Shown: positions 24,265 through 33,845 of the stretch, in pieces
How positions within the stretch are numbered: the stretch's first letter is position 1
Layout of the letters: every line of letters begins with the position of its first letter
IMG/VR virus record: IMGVR_UViG_3300032212_000064
Coordinates: 1-39,060 of that record
Reading direction: 5' to 3' (one strand)
From: a virus
Lineage: Duplodnaviria; Caudoviricetes
DNA: 39,060 nucleotides
Program-made: the position numbers and the translations under genes
The notes under the pieces: model-generated
Told to the model about the DNA's origin: nothing
The model's input: the letters and a program-made list of their open reading frames with translations, nothing else
Database searches by the model: none

Positions 24265-24888
24265 ATGGACCTGATCGAACTGATCGATGCGGTAGCGGAG
24301 ACCGTGGGCAAGCCGCTCGCACCCCCTGCGATTGCGCTCATGGCGCGGACGCTTGAGGCCTACCCCGAGGCGCTCGTCGCCAAGGCCCTCGAGCGCTGCT
24401 CGCGCGAGTGTCGGCATCGGCTGACGTTGGCGGATGTGCTCGATCGCATTCCCGGCGGACACCCGGGCGTTGAGGAGGCGTGGGCCATCGCGCGCCAGGC
24501 TCGCGACGAGGGCGCGACCGTTGTGTGGACCAAGCCCATGTCTGAGGCGTGGGGCATCGCGGCGCCCGATCCCAACGACATCACGGCGCGGCTCGCGTTC
24601 AAGGATGCCTATCAGCGTCTCGTCGCCGAAGCGCCGCGCGGCCTACCGTTGTGGGGCGTGTCGCTGGGTCACGATGCCGGTCTTCGCTACCGCGCAGTGT
24701 GTGACGCCGAGGAGGTTGGGCGGCTGCCCCGAGGCGAGCACGAGCGCATGGGCTTGCTGCCGCCCGGCGCTGAGCCGCGGCTTCGTGCCCTGCCTGCGCC
24801 GCGTGAAGCCGAGCCGATGGCGGCCGGTGAGCTCGCGTCCGCAGGGCTGGCGTTCCTGGCGAAGCTGAAGGGGGAGGCCGCGGAATGA
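24265..24888 (+). CDS. Putative helicase loader/replication partner (207 aa)
   Basis: Directly follows initiator; LTLADVLDRI...HPGVEEAWA...ARLAFKDAY; call is mainly positional. Confidence 0.55.
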   Translation: MDLIELIDAVAETVGKPLAPPAIALMARTLEAYPEALVAKALERCSRECRHRLTLADVLDRIPGGHPGVEEAWAIARQARDEGATVVWTKPMSEAWGIAAPDPNDITARLAFKDAYQRLVAEAPRGLPLWGVSLGHDAGLRYRAVCDAEEVGRLPRGEHERMGLLPPGAEPRLRALPAPREAEPMAAGELASAGLAFLAKLKGEAAE

Positions 24889-25082
24889 CCCGGCCGTGCC
24901 CGACCTGGCAGCCTGCGGATCACGACCACGACGTGGGCGCATGGCAGCGGCCGCCCGACGACGAGCGCGCGCGCCTGCTCGAGCAGTACGAGGCTGCGCA
25001 GGGCGTGCGGCCCGAGCGCGTCGGCGTGCGCGAGGTGGTCATGAGCGACGGCACGCAGTGGTGCGAATGGGGGTTCCGATGA
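24885..25082 (+). CDS. Hypothetical protein (65 aa)
   Basis: Coupled at both ends. Confidence 0.5.
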   Translation: MTRPCPTWQPADHDHDVGAWQRPPDDERARLLEQYEAAQGVRPERVGVREVVMSDGTQWCEWGFR

Positions 25083-25330
25083 GCGTGGTCTCAGCAAAGA
25101 TCTACACGTGCGACCTCTGCGGCAAGTCCGAGACGATGACGGATGCCAGCGAGAAGGAGCGCCGCACACCGCCTGGCAAAGCGCACATGGAGTACCACGG
25201 CCGGCACTGGTACCAGATGCAGCTGCCACGCATTGCTCGCTCCTACTGGGTAGAGCGCTCGTGCACGGTGTGCTTTGGCTGCATGGCCAAGATCGGCATC
25301 TTCTGCGATGGCTTGGGGTCGGAGCAGTGA
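25079..25330 (+). CDS. Small zinc-finger protein (83 aa)
   Basis: YTCDLCGK...VCFGC; coupled. Confidence 0.6.
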   Translation: MSVVSAKIYTCDLCGKSETMTDASEKERRTPPGKAHMEYHGRHWYQMQLPRIARSYWVERSCTVCFGCMAKIGIFCDGLGSEQ

Positions 25331-25752
25331 CCCGCTCGGTTCGCTTCGACGTCCTCGGCAAGCCGGTGCCCAAGGCGCGGCCACGCATGGCACGCGGGCG
25401 CATCTACACGCCGCGCACGACGGCCGACTACGAGGCCCACGTAATGCGCACGGCGCTGCTCTGCGCCAGCGGCGCGGGCATCGGCAGGCCTCAGCCGGTG
25501 GGGTCGCGTCAAGCGCAGTTCGCCTACTTCGCCGGCCCGGTCGCGGTGGAGCTCGCGGTGTACTTCCCCGACAAGCGCAGGCGCGACCTCGACAACGCAG
25601 CGAAGAGCGTCCTCGACGGGCTGCAGCTCGGCAGGCGCAAGGGGACGGCGCTGCTCGGCGACGACGACCAGGTGGTGAGCCTGCTGGTGACCAAGGCGGT
25701 GGACCGCGAGCGGCCGCGCGTTGAGGTGACCGTGCGCGAGGTGACGTCGTGA
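25327..25752 (+). CDS. rusA: RusA-family Holliday junction resolvase
   Basis: GKPVPKARPR...YTP, RRDLDNAAKSVLDGL, DDDQVV, PRVEVTV. Confidence 0.9.
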   Translation: MTRSVRFDVLGKPVPKARPRMARGRIYTPRTTADYEAHVMRTALLCASGAGIGRPQPVGSRQAQFAYFAGPVAVELAVYFPDKRRRDLDNAAKSVLDGLQLGRRKGTALLGDDDQVVSLLVTKAVDRERPRVEVTVREVTS

Positions 25753-25931
25753 CCTGGTGGACCGTGGTGCCGTTGGTGCTCCTGTTCAGTCTGTGGGGCT
25801 GGCAGATCCGCCGGCTACAGCGGCGCGTTGATGTGCTCGAGGGGCTGGTAATCAAGCTGGGAGCGGCCGCCAAGCTGCTCAGCGATGTACAGGAGCAAGA
25901 ACGCCGGCGTCGTGAATGGGAGCGGCTGTGA
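25749..25931 (+). CDS. Small TM plus coiled-coil protein (60 aa)
   Basis: WWTVVPLVLLFSLWGW followed by basic helix; coupled. Confidence 0.55.
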   Translation: MTWWTVVPLVLLFSLWGWQIRRLQRRVDVLEGLVIKLGAAAKLLSDVQEQERRRREWERL

Positions 25932-26329
25932 CCCGCAAGCTCACCCCAAAGCGGCAGCGGTTCGTTGATGCGTACACCGGCGAGGCCATGGGCAACGCGA
26001 CGGAGGCGGCGCGCATCGCTGGCTACGCGCACCCGGGCGAAGAGGGCTACCGGCTGCTCAAAAATGCTCGTGTGCAAGCAGAAGTGCAGCGCCTGTCGCA
26101 ACCGGCGAAGCAGGCGGCTATCGCGACGCGTGAAGAGCGGCTCGCGTTCTACACCGCGATGATGCGCGGCGACGCCCAGGACAAGGACCGGCTCAAGGCA
26201 GCCGAACTGCTGGGCAAGGTGCAGGGCGACTTCATCGAGCGGCAGCAGGTCGAGCACAGCGGCGGCGCGATCGTCGTCGCGATGACACCGGAACAGACGC
26301 GGCAGCTGGCCGCAGAGGGAGACGACTGA
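25928..26329 (+). CDS. terS: Terminase small subunit
   Basis: KLTPKRQRFVDAY...NATEAARIAGY...GYRLLKNARVQ...DRLKAAELLGK. Confidence 0.92.
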   Translation: MTRKLTPKRQRFVDAYTGEAMGNATEAARIAGYAHPGEEGYRLLKNARVQAEVQRLSQPAKQAAIATREERLAFYTAMMRGDAQDKDRLKAAELLGKVQGDFIERQQVEHSGGAIVVAMTPEQTRQLAAEGDD

Positions 26330-26532
26330 TGGACTTGAGCAAAGCAAAACTGGGCGCGTACGACCACGAGCGAGGCATCCGCACGCTGTATGTGCCGTGT
26401 GCGGAGAGCGACGACCCGCGGGAGACGTTCGGAAAGCGAATGGTCGACGGCATGATCGACGCTGTCCAGGGCAAGCCGGCACCGAAGCCGAAGGCCAAGC
26501 GCAAGCCGGCGAAGCCGAAGGCGGACAAGTGA
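26329..26532 (+). CDS. Hypothetical protein with Lys-rich tail (67 aa)
   Basis: Coupled at both ends. Confidence 0.55.
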   Translation: MDLSKAKLGAYDHERGIRTLYVPCAESDDPRETFGKRMVDGMIDAVQGKPAPKPKAKRKPAKPKADK

Positions 26533-26768
26533 GCCGTCGCAAGCCGAAGCAGCCGCCGTTGCCGCCAGGGGTGGCCAATGCGGTCGACATGCTCAAGCAG
26601 AACCGCGTCGAAGCAGTGGCGCTCCTGCGCGGTGGCGGCGGGCACAGCATCGTGAAGCTGTCGCTGCCGACGTCGGTCGTCGAGCAGTACGCCGTCTCGA
26701 CGGAGCCGCCCGAGCTGCGCGCCATCGTTGCGGGCAAGCTGGTTCAGTGGGTGGAGGGCGTGCCGTGA
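26529..26768 (+). CDS. Hypothetical protein (79 aa)
   Basis: GTGA overlaps. Confidence 0.55.
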   Translation: MSRRKPKQPPLPPGVANAVDMLKQNRVEAVALLRGGGGHSIVKLSLPTSVVEQYAVSTEPPELRAIVAGKLVQWVEGVP

Positions 26769-27202
26769 AGGCGGAGCAGATGCCAAAGCGGCCAAGGTTT
26801 GCCGCCCTGTACGCGTGGCTCTCCGACAAATACGGCGAGGATGTTCTGCTCGGCCAGGATTGCTGGCCGTTGATCGGGAAGGCTGCGGCCGATGCTCCCA
26901 CCGCTGTCGCCGCTGAGGCCGCGAAGCAAGTCCGCTGGCGGGCTGAGCGCGATTCGTGGGCGGTGCGGCAGCCGGTGGACTTCAACCCGACGGCCGACGA
27001 GTGGCGCATGTTCGGCGGTGCGTGGATGCCGTCGTACCTCACGGTTACAGACGGCAAGGCAACCGTAATCGCGCGGCACGCCGCATCGCGCCTGGCTCGC
27101 CGTGCCGACGAGGCAGAGGTGCGCGCTTGGGCCGCCCGACTCTACGAGTGGACGGCGATGCACAAGGCCGGCTCGGCATGGCTTTTCGAGGCAGCGTCGT
27201 GA
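26765..27202 (+). CDS. Hypothetical protein (145 aa)
   Basis: GTGA overlaps; Trp-rich. Confidence 0.55.
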   Translation: MKAEQMPKRPRFAALYAWLSDKYGEDVLLGQDCWPLIGKAAADAPTAVAAEAAKQVRWRAERDSWAVRQPVDFNPTADEWRMFGGAWMPSYLTVTDGKATVIARHAASRLARRADEAEVRAWAARLYEWTAMHKAGSAWLFEAAS

Positions 27203-27429
27203 GCGTCATCGCGATCAGCGTGAGCCTGGCCCTGCTGGGCTCCGTGGTGGCGGTGGCGCTGGTTGCTCGTGACGTGGCGTTCCGCGCCATCGACGGGCAG
27301 CTAGCGCATGCGAAGGAGCGCGACGCTCGAGCGGTCGACGCCGAGCTCGCGAAGATGGCCGACCGCATCGCGGCGGCTGAGGCAACGATGCGCGACCTGT
27401 CGTTGGCTCGCGTTGGGGGCAGACGATGA
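27199..27429 (+). CDS. Small TM plus coiled-coil protein (76 aa)
   Basis: SVIAISVSLALLGSVVAVALVA; coupled. Confidence 0.55.
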   Translation: MSVIAISVSLALLGSVVAVALVARDVAFRAIDGQLAHAKERDARAVDAELAKMADRIAAAEATMRDLSLARVGGRR

Positions 27430-27677
27430 GCGAAGAGCAGACGTTCACGCGCGACGACATGCAGGCGTGGGCCGACGGCCTCGACGAGCTGCACACGGCG
27501 TACGTGCAGCAGATCGCGCTGGACTACCACCGAGCCGGCATGACGGCGGCCTGTGAGCTCGCGGGGCACGTCGCACGCGAGCACGCCGAGCAGCAGCGCA
27601 ACGGGCAGAGCCGAGGCGCGCGCTCGGTGGTCGACGTCATCAGCCAGGTACTCCGCGGGGAGCAGGCCTCGCTGTGA
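27426..27677 (+). CDS. Hypothetical protein (83 aa)
   Basis: Coupled to terL. Confidence 0.55.
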   Translation: MSEEQTFTRDDMQAWADGLDELHTAYVQQIALDYHRAGMTAACELAGHVAREHAEQQRNGQSRGARSVVDVISQVLRGEQASL

Positions 27678-29206
27678 GCGCCGCGCCCACGCACAGCATC
27701 GACGACCTCGAGCGGCTACACGGCCGCGCCGAGCTGCGTCGTGCTGCGCGTTGGGCGATGTGGCGCGCGGGCGACCTGCGCTACCTGCTGCACGTTGGCC
27801 AGCTGGCTGCGCTCGCGGCGTTCTTCGCGTCCACCGTGCGCCGCTTCGTGCTGTGCACCGGCCGGCGGTGGGGCAAGTCGCGGCTGATGGTCGTCGTCTG
27901 CTGCCTGATGGTCGTGCATCGCATCCTGTGGCGGCAGGGCATCGAGCCGCCGACGTGGTGCCCCGAGTGGTGGCGAGCCATCGTCATGCGCACGACCGAC
28001 CCGGCCCGCGTGGTGTACGCCGCGCCGACCGCGGGCATGGTGGCCGAGTTCATCGAGCCGCACATGCTGCACCTGGCGAGCCATGCGCCGCCGGAGCTCC
28101 GACCGTCGCAGAAAGACGGCTCGTGGGTGTGGCCCGACGGCGACCGCATCGTCATCAAGGGCTGCGAGGACCGGAAGAAAGCCGACCGATTGCGCGGCGC
28201 CGAGGCTGACCTGGGCGTGGCCGACGAGGGCGGCTTCATTCCCATTCTCGGCTACGTCGTGCGCAGCATCATGGGGCCGCAGCTGTGGGAGACGCGCGGG
28301 CGCATGCTGCTGCCGTCGACGCCGCCCGAGTCGCCAGACCACCCGTTCGTCGAGCTGCTCGCCGAGGCAGAGGCGGCAGGCGGCAGCTACCGCGCGCGCA
28401 CGGCCGACGCGCCGCACATCACCGCCGAGATGCTGGCGGACGCCATCGAGGACGCGGGCGGCGTGGACAGCATTGCGTGGCAGCGTGAGGGTGAGGCGCG
28501 CGTGCTCGTCGACCCGTCGCACGTGGTTGTGCCCGAGTGGGCCGCCGCCGAGCCGGTCATTGTCGCCGAGCACAAGCGCCCGCGGCACATCGCGCCCTGC
28601 GTCATCGGTGACCTTGGCTACGAAGACCTCACGGTCATCGCGTTCGGGTACTACGATTTCACGGCCGACCTCGACGTCATCGAAGCTGAGCTCGTGCTGC
28701 GCCGTGCCACCAGCGCGCAGATTGACGCCGAGTGCCAGCGCATCGAGGCCGAACTGTGGGGCAAGCTCCCGGTCAGCCGTCGCCGCATCGATGCCACGCC
28801 GATCACGCGCGCCGACATGGCCCGGTTCGGCTCGGACGGCAGCAAGGACACGGCGTCGTGGACCGCGGTACGCAAGGACGACAAGAGCGCCAGCATCAAC
28901 CAGCTTCGCATCCGCGTGAAGCGGCAGCGGCTACGCGTCGACCCGGCCTGCGCAACGATCATTGCCCACGCGCGCTACGGCCGATGGAACAAACGGCGAA
29001 CCGACCTCGAGCGGCCTGACGGCGCTGAGCACCACTACGACGGCCTCGACGCGCTCCGCTACTTCGTGCGCGACCTGGACCGACACACAAACCCGTACCC
29101 GCGGCTCGAGGGCGTGACCGCAGACCACCACGTCGGACCGAATGCCGGCCGACCAGATGAGGCGCAGGTGCTCGACCGCCTGCTGTTCCCGAAGCGAGGA
29201 CGATAG
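27674..29206 (+). CDS. terL: Terminase large subunit
   Basis: Walker A GRRWGKS, LRG, Walker B GVADEG, STP coupling motif, nuclease IGDLG and DGLDALRY. Confidence 0.93.
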   Translation: MSAAPTHSIDDLERLHGRAELRRAARWAMWRAGDLRYLLHVGQLAALAAFFASTVRRFVLCTGRRWGKSRLMVVVCCLMVVHRILWRQGIEPPTWCPEWWRAIVMRTTDPARVVYAAPTAGMVAEFIEPHMLHLASHAPPELRPSQKDGSWVWPDGDRIVIKGCEDRKKADRLRGAEADLGVADEGGFIPILGYVVRSIMGPQLWETRGRMLLPSTPPESPDHPFVELLAEAEAAGGSYRARTADAPHITAEMLADAIEDAGGVDSIAWQREGEARVLVDPSHVVVPEWAAAEPVIVAEHKRPRHIAPCVIGDLGYEDLTVIAFGYYDFTADLDVIEAELVLRRATSAQIDAECQRIEAELWGKLPVSRRRIDATPITRADMARFGSDGSKDTASWTAVRKDDKSASINQLRIRVKRQRLRVDPACATIIAHARYGRWNKRRTDLERPDGAEHHYDGLDALRYFVRDLDRHTNPYPRLEGVTADHHVGPNAGRPDEAQVLDRLLFPKRGR

Positions 29207-29209
29207 ACG

Positions 29210-31345
29210 ATGGCCGACACCTACTGGGCAAGCGAGACCGACCGAAAGCGGCTCGGTGAGAAGATCGACGAGCGGTTCAAGCGCTTCTGGAAAGAGGCCG
29301 ACGACCGCGGACTTGTGTCGATGTGGCGCGCGAACGTGCGCGCGTACTACGGGCAAGATCCCGACGGTGGGTACGCCAACAGCGCGGCCATCACGACCGG
29401 CGGCGAGCAGGGCGAGCTGCTGATGGTGCACTCGGGCGACTACCGGCAGCTCGTGCGGCAGATGCACACGCTCGCCACCAGCGCCCGGCCGAACATCGAG
29501 GCGTCGGCGACGAGCAACGACCCCGAAGCCATCAGCCAGACGCTCACCGCGCGGCAGGTGCTCGAGTACGACCTTGACGAAGGCGGCGGCGGCTTGGAGG
29601 AGTGCTTCGAGCGCTGCCACGAGCGTGCGCTTGTCGCGGCCGAGAGCTACATCGTCGACGAGTGGGACCACCGCGAGGGCGATCCGATCGGCATCGAGCC
29701 GGCGCCCGAGGTTAAGGCGGACGACGCGCGCCCCGAGTCTGTCGCGACTGACCGCGTGGTGTACCAGGGTGGCCCGCGCGCCCGCTACAAGAGCCCGTGG
29801 GACGTCGGCCGCGACTTCGATGTCGACCGATCCGCCGAGCACCGCTGGTACATCGTGCGCGACCGCGTCAACCGCTGGGAGCTCGCGGCGCAGTACCCGG
29901 AGCACGCGGCCAAGGTGCTCGACGCGCCAGCACCGTCTGCGTCGAACGAGCAGCTCTACCCGAAGGGCGCGGGCTACAGGCACGGCGAGTCCGACTTCGT
30001 CGACGTGCTCACGCTCTACCACCTGCCGACTGCCGCGCTCCCGACCGGCCGCCGCGTCGAGGTGTGCGAGACCACGGTGCTGTCGGACGTTGACCACCCC
30101 GGCGAGCATCCGTTGGTGCACCCGGACATGCCGGCCGAGGAAATGGACAGCGCGAACGGCTACTCCGACAGCTGGGACATGCTCGCGCTTCAGCAGTCGC
30201 TGAACGCCGTCGAAGGCGCGATCCTCACCACGCACGAGGCCGGCGCTGTGCCCAACTGGCAGGGGCGCAAGGGGCAGGGCGTGACCGCGCGCCAGCTGTC
30301 GCAGCGGCTGCGGCTCATCGAATGGGACGGCGACCCTGGCGACAAGCCGCCCGGCCTCATGGAGCGGCCCGAAGTGCGCTCGAGCGACCTGCAGTTGGCC
30401 GAGCACTACCGCGGTGGCATGCAGCGCGTGAGCGGCATCAACGCCACCGTGCGAGGCGACACAGACGCGAACGTGAAGAGCGGCGCGCACGCTGCGCTCA
30501 TCGCTTCGATGGCGGTACAGGCCAACAGCGGCCAGCAGCGCGCGTACGCCAAGCTGATGCGCTCGGTGCTGAACGGCCGGCTGCGCCTGTACCAGCAGCA
30601 CGCGACCGAAGAGCGGCTAGTCGAGCTCACCGGCCGCGACTCGCTCGGCCACGTGCTCTCGTTCACGTCCGAAGATCTGTCGAAGGTGCGGCGCGTGCGC
30701 ATCGACCTCGGCTCGGCGTTCATGCGCACGGTTCAGGGCAAGGAAGCCACGGCCGACAAGATGCTCGAGCAGTACGGGCCCGAGGTCATCAGCCCCGATC
30801 GGTACATGCTGCTGAAGCAGACGGGCCGACTCGACGAGCTCACGAACCGCGAGGCGACCCACAAAGTCAACGCGCGCCGCGAGAATCAGCAGCTGCGCGA
30901 GTGGAAGCCGCCGTCTCCCGGCGTGCAGATGGCGCCCGAGGACATGCCGGTGGTCTGCATGCTGTGGGACCACCACGCGATCCACATCCGCGAGCACATC
31001 GCCGAGCTGGACGACCCTGCTGTCCGCCTGGACCGCTCGCCGAAGGCCGAGGCATACAAGACCGCCGCGCTCCAGCACATCGAGCAGCATCAGCAGATGT
31101 GGCAGATGGCGCCGCCGGAGATCCTCGCAGCGACGGGGCAGGCACCAGCGCCCGGCGGTGGTGGTGGACCGATGGGGCCGCCCGGTGGTGGAGGTGGGCC
31201 GCCCGCGCCCGAGCCGCCGCCCGAAGCCGTAGCGCCCGGCGGTGACGTGCCGCCTGACGCGCTGCCGAGCGCACCGACGAACCCCCTCACGGGGCAGCAA
31301 CAGCAAGGGGCGGGCATGGCGCCGCCGATGGGAGCACAGCAATGA
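29210..31345 (+). CDS. Portal protein (711 aa)
   Basis: Follows terL; size, SGINATVRG...KSG motif and Pro/Gly/Met-rich tail typical of podovirus-like portals. Confidence 0.8.
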   Translation: MADTYWASETDRKRLGEKIDERFKRFWKEADDRGLVSMWRANVRAYYGQDPDGGYANSAAITTGGEQGELLMVHSGDYRQLVRQMHTLATSARPNIEASATSNDPEAISQTLTARQVLEYDLDEGGGGLEECFERCHERALVAAESYIVDEWDHREGDPIGIEPAPEVKADDARPESVATDRVVYQGGPRARYKSPWDVGRDFDVDRSAEHRWYIVRDRVNRWELAAQYPEHAAKVLDAPAPSASNEQLYPKGAGYRHGESDFVDVLTLYHLPTAALPTGRRVEVCETTVLSDVDHPGEHPLVHPDMPAEEMDSANGYSDSWDMLALQQSLNAVEGAILTTHEAGAVPNWQGRKGQGVTARQLSQRLRLIEWDGDPGDKPPGLMERPEVRSSDLQLAEHYRGGMQRVSGINATVRGDTDANVKSGAHAALIASMAVQANSGQQRAYAKLMRSVLNGRLRLYQQHATEERLVELTGRDSLGHVLSFTSEDLSKVRRVRIDLGSAFMRTVQGKEATADKMLEQYGPEVISPDRYMLLKQTGRLDELTNREATHKVNARRENQQLREWKPPSPGVQMAPEDMPVVCMLWDHHAIHIREHIAELDDPAVRLDRSPKAEAYKTAALQHIEQHQQMWQMAPPEILAATGQAPAPGGGGGPMGPPGGGGGPPAPEPPPEAVAPGGDVPPDALPSAPTNPLTGQQQQGAGMAPPMGAQQ

Positions 31346-32325
31346 GCGAAGAGACGACGGCAAGCGCACCCGAGGCAGCGGCAGCACCGGAGGCCAGCGC
31401 GCCCGACGACGCCATGGTGGAGACAGCATCGACGATCGATGCCGTGGCCGAGCCGGGCGCCGACACGGTGATGCTCGGCGACGTGGCTGTGCCGCTGGCT
31501 GCGCTGGCGGACCTGCCCGACGATGTGCTGCGCAACCTCAAGCGCACCGTGAAGGTCAACGGTGAAGAGCGCGAGGTGTCCATTGCGGACGCACTACAGG
31601 CGGTCAGCAGGGCCGAGGGCGCTGACGCCAAGATGCGCGAGGCCGCAAGGATGCGTCGCCTGATGCTGGAGGACCCTCTCTCGGCAGTGCAGGAACTCGC
31701 GAGGATCGAATCGGAGCGCCAAAAGCTGGACGTTCCGCTCGACGGACGCGCGCTGCTGGAGACGGCACTACTGCGACAGTTCGAGCAGGAGTCGATGACC
31801 GATGAGGAGCGGGCGCAATGGGAGATGGAACAGAAGGCGAAGGCCTTTGAGGAATACCAGCGTGCCGAGAAGGAGCGGCGGGCGCAGGCGCAGCATCAGC
31901 AGCACGTCGAGACGATGCGCACGCAGATGGGCGAAGCCCTCGAGCGGGCCGGCGTGGCTGGCGACGGCCACGTGTTTACGCGGGCCGTGACCATCATGCA
32001 GGGGCTCGTCGCTGCCAAGGGAGACATCCCAGACGCGCAGCTCGCGGCGGCGATGGACAAAGCGGTAGGCCTCGCGGCTGACGAGCTGGGCAAGGCGCGC
32101 ACGTCATGGCTCGACGTCGAGGACGACGCAGCGCTGCTCGAGCGCATCCCGGCGGACGTGCAGCGACGCATCGCCCGTGCGTACGCCGCCAAGACGAAGA
32201 AAGCCGCGAGCTCGCCGCGACGGCCGGCAGGCGAGCCCAAGGCGCCCGCGGTGGACGTCAGCAAGATGACACCGACCGAGTGGCGGGCGTGGCTGGCCGA
32301 GCGCGACGCCAAGGCCGCTGGGTGA
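31342..32325 (+). CDS. Capsid scaffolding protein
   Basis: Acidic N-terminus, TVKVNGEEREVS motif, coiled coil, KMTPTEWR end; between portal and capsid. Confidence 0.75.
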   Translation: MSEETTASAPEAAAAPEASAPDDAMVETASTIDAVAEPGADTVMLGDVAVPLAALADLPDDVLRNLKRTVKVNGEEREVSIADALQAVSRAEGADAKMREAARMRRLMLEDPLSAVQELARIESERQKLDVPLDGRALLETALLRQFEQESMTDEERAQWEMEQKAKAFEEYQRAEKERRAQAQHQQHVETMRTQMGEALERAGVAGDGHVFTRAVTIMQGLVAAKGDIPDAQLAAAMDKAVGLAADELGKARTSWLDVEDDAALLERIPADVQRRIARAYAAKTKKAASSPRRPAGEPKAPAVDVSKMTPTEWRAWLAERDAKAAG

Positions 32326-32351
32326 CCTTTCTGGGGTTTCTGGGGTCGAAT

Positions 32352-32395
32352 CCCGAAGGGTGAAATCGGGCCGGCGCCTGCCTTCACCCTTCGGG
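32352..32395. repeat. Perfect 13-bp inverted repeat with 18-nt spacer
   Basis: CCCGAAGGGTGAA (32352-64) / TTCACCCTTCGGG (32383-95); no downstream U tract. Confidence 0.85.
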
Positions 32396-32410
32396 CGAAC
32401 CATAGCCCAT

Positions 32411-32439
32411 TTGCATGGTGCCGCGCGGTGCCATAGACT
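32411..32439 (+). promoter_or_regulatory. Sigma70-like promoter upstream of capsid gene
   Basis: TTGCAT (32411-16), 17-bp spacer, TAGACT (32434-39) in the only long gap of the rightward arm. Confidence 0.7.
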
Positions 32440-32445
32440 GCGCCT

Positions 32446-32579
32446 ATCACACACCACACAGGTCAAGCGTAGACCCTCGGTGTCGCCGGCAAGCACAAGC
32501 CCCGGCCTCCGCCGTCGCAATCGAAGCAGCGACCGACTGAACCCCGCCAACGGAGCGGGAATCACTCGGAGTTTCGAAA
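32446..32579 (+). ncRNA. Candidate structured cis-regulatory 5' leader of capsid mRNA
   Basis: Six short nested helices found by eye, one occluding the GGAG SD. Confidence 0.45.
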
Positions 32580-33845
32580 ATGACGGTCGAACAGAGCACC
32601 CTCGACGGCATGTTCAAGGAGCGCTACGGCGAGAAGGGCAACCTTCTCCCGAGCTCCGCGAACAGCATCCTCGCTGACAAGATCGCGTTCGCCTCGGGCG
32701 AGAAGATCGGCGACAGCTACCACGAGCCCGTTCGCCTCGGCGGCGCGCGCGGCTGGACCTTCGCCGGCAGCTCCCTCGCGGGCACGGCGTACACCCTGAA
32801 CGCGGCGCGCTCCGGCGTGACCAAGGATGCCAGCGTCAGCGGCAGCAGCTTCGTGCTGCGCGAGACGGTGGCGTACGACGTCGTCAGCCGCGGCGCGGGC
32901 TCCTCGGCGAGCTTTGGCCGCATCTTCGACGACATCGTGGAGGACATGAACGAGAGCTCGATCCTCGCTCGCGAGATGTCGCTGCTCTACGGGCAGGACG
33001 ACTTCGGCGAGATCGAAGCCGTCGACGACAGTTCGGGCACGAACAGCCTGACGCTGACCAAGGCGAGCACGTCCGCTGGCCTCTGGTGGCAGATGACGGG
33101 CGCGGCCTTCGACGCGTACGACGCGGCCGGCGGTACCAAGCAGAACACCAACGCGCTGCTCGCGGTGTCCACCGTGGACCTGGACAGCCAGGGGCGCGTG
33201 GTTGTCACCGTCACGGGCAACGCCACCGACACCGCGGCGCTCGCCGTGGGTGACGTGCTCATCCCGCTCGGAGCCGACTCCGAGATGATGACGGGGCTCG
33301 CCAAGGTCGCGAAGAACACCGGCAGCCTGTACGGCATCAGCGCGACGACTTACCCCCTGTGGAAGTCGCTCAGCGTCGCTGCCGGCTCTGCGCAGGCCAC
33401 GGTCGCTCTGCTCCTCCGCGGGCTGAAGGCCAACCGCCTCAAGTCGGGCACCGGCAAGCGCTGCGCGCTCGTCTCCACGGCGACGTGGACCGACCTCAAC
33501 AACAACACCGCGGTGTTGCAGCGGTTCCTGAACTCCCAGCAGAAGTCGGGCGTCGAGTTCGGCACCGAGGAAATCGCGGTGCGTCACGGCAAGCAGTCGC
33601 TCGAGATCATCGAGCACCCGCTGCTCAAGGAGGGCGAGGCCTACATCATGGACCCCGCCAAGCACAAGCGGATCGGCTCGTCCGACCACTCGTGGGGCAT
33701 CGGCGCTCCCGGACAGCAGGCGCGGTTCTTCCGCGAGCTGCCCGACAACGCCGGGTTCGAGCTCCGCTGCTACTGGGACCAGGGTCACTTCGCCCGGCGC
33801 CCCGGCAGCATCACGCGCATCAGCGGCATCGTCAACAGCGTCTGA
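32580..33845 (+). CDS. Major capsid protein (421 aa)
   Basis: After scaffold; LDGMFKERY start, LYGQDDFG, MTGL...LYGISATTYPLWKS, RPGSITRISGI end. Confidence 0.8.
   Translation: MTVEQSTLDGMFKERYGEKGNLLPSSANSILADKIAFASGEKIGDSYHEPVRLGGARGWTFAGSSLAGTAYTLNAARSGVTKDASVSGSSFVLRETVAYDVVSRGAGSSASFGRIFDDIVEDMNESSILAREMSLLYGQDDFGEIEAVDDSSGTNSLTLTKASTSAGLWWQMTGAAFDAYDAAGGTKQNTNALLAVSTVDLDSQGRVVVTVTGNATDTAALAVGDVLIPLGADSEMMTGLAKVAKNTGSLYGISATTYPLWKSLSVAAGSAQATVALLLRGLKANRLKSGTGKRCALVSTATWTDLNNNTAVLQRFLNSQQKSGVEFGTEEIAVRHGKQSLEIIEHPLLKEGEAYIMDPAKHKRIGSSDHSWGIGAPGQQARFFRELPDNAGFELRCYWDQGHFARRPGSITRISGIVNSV

Noticed and set aside
31141-31345. Separate repeat element at the portal 3' end
   Set aside because: Low-complexity Pro/Gly coding tail without a discrete nucleotide unit
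32352-32400. Rho-independent terminator
   Set aside because: Large loop and no U-tract after the stem; kept as an inverted repeat of unknown role
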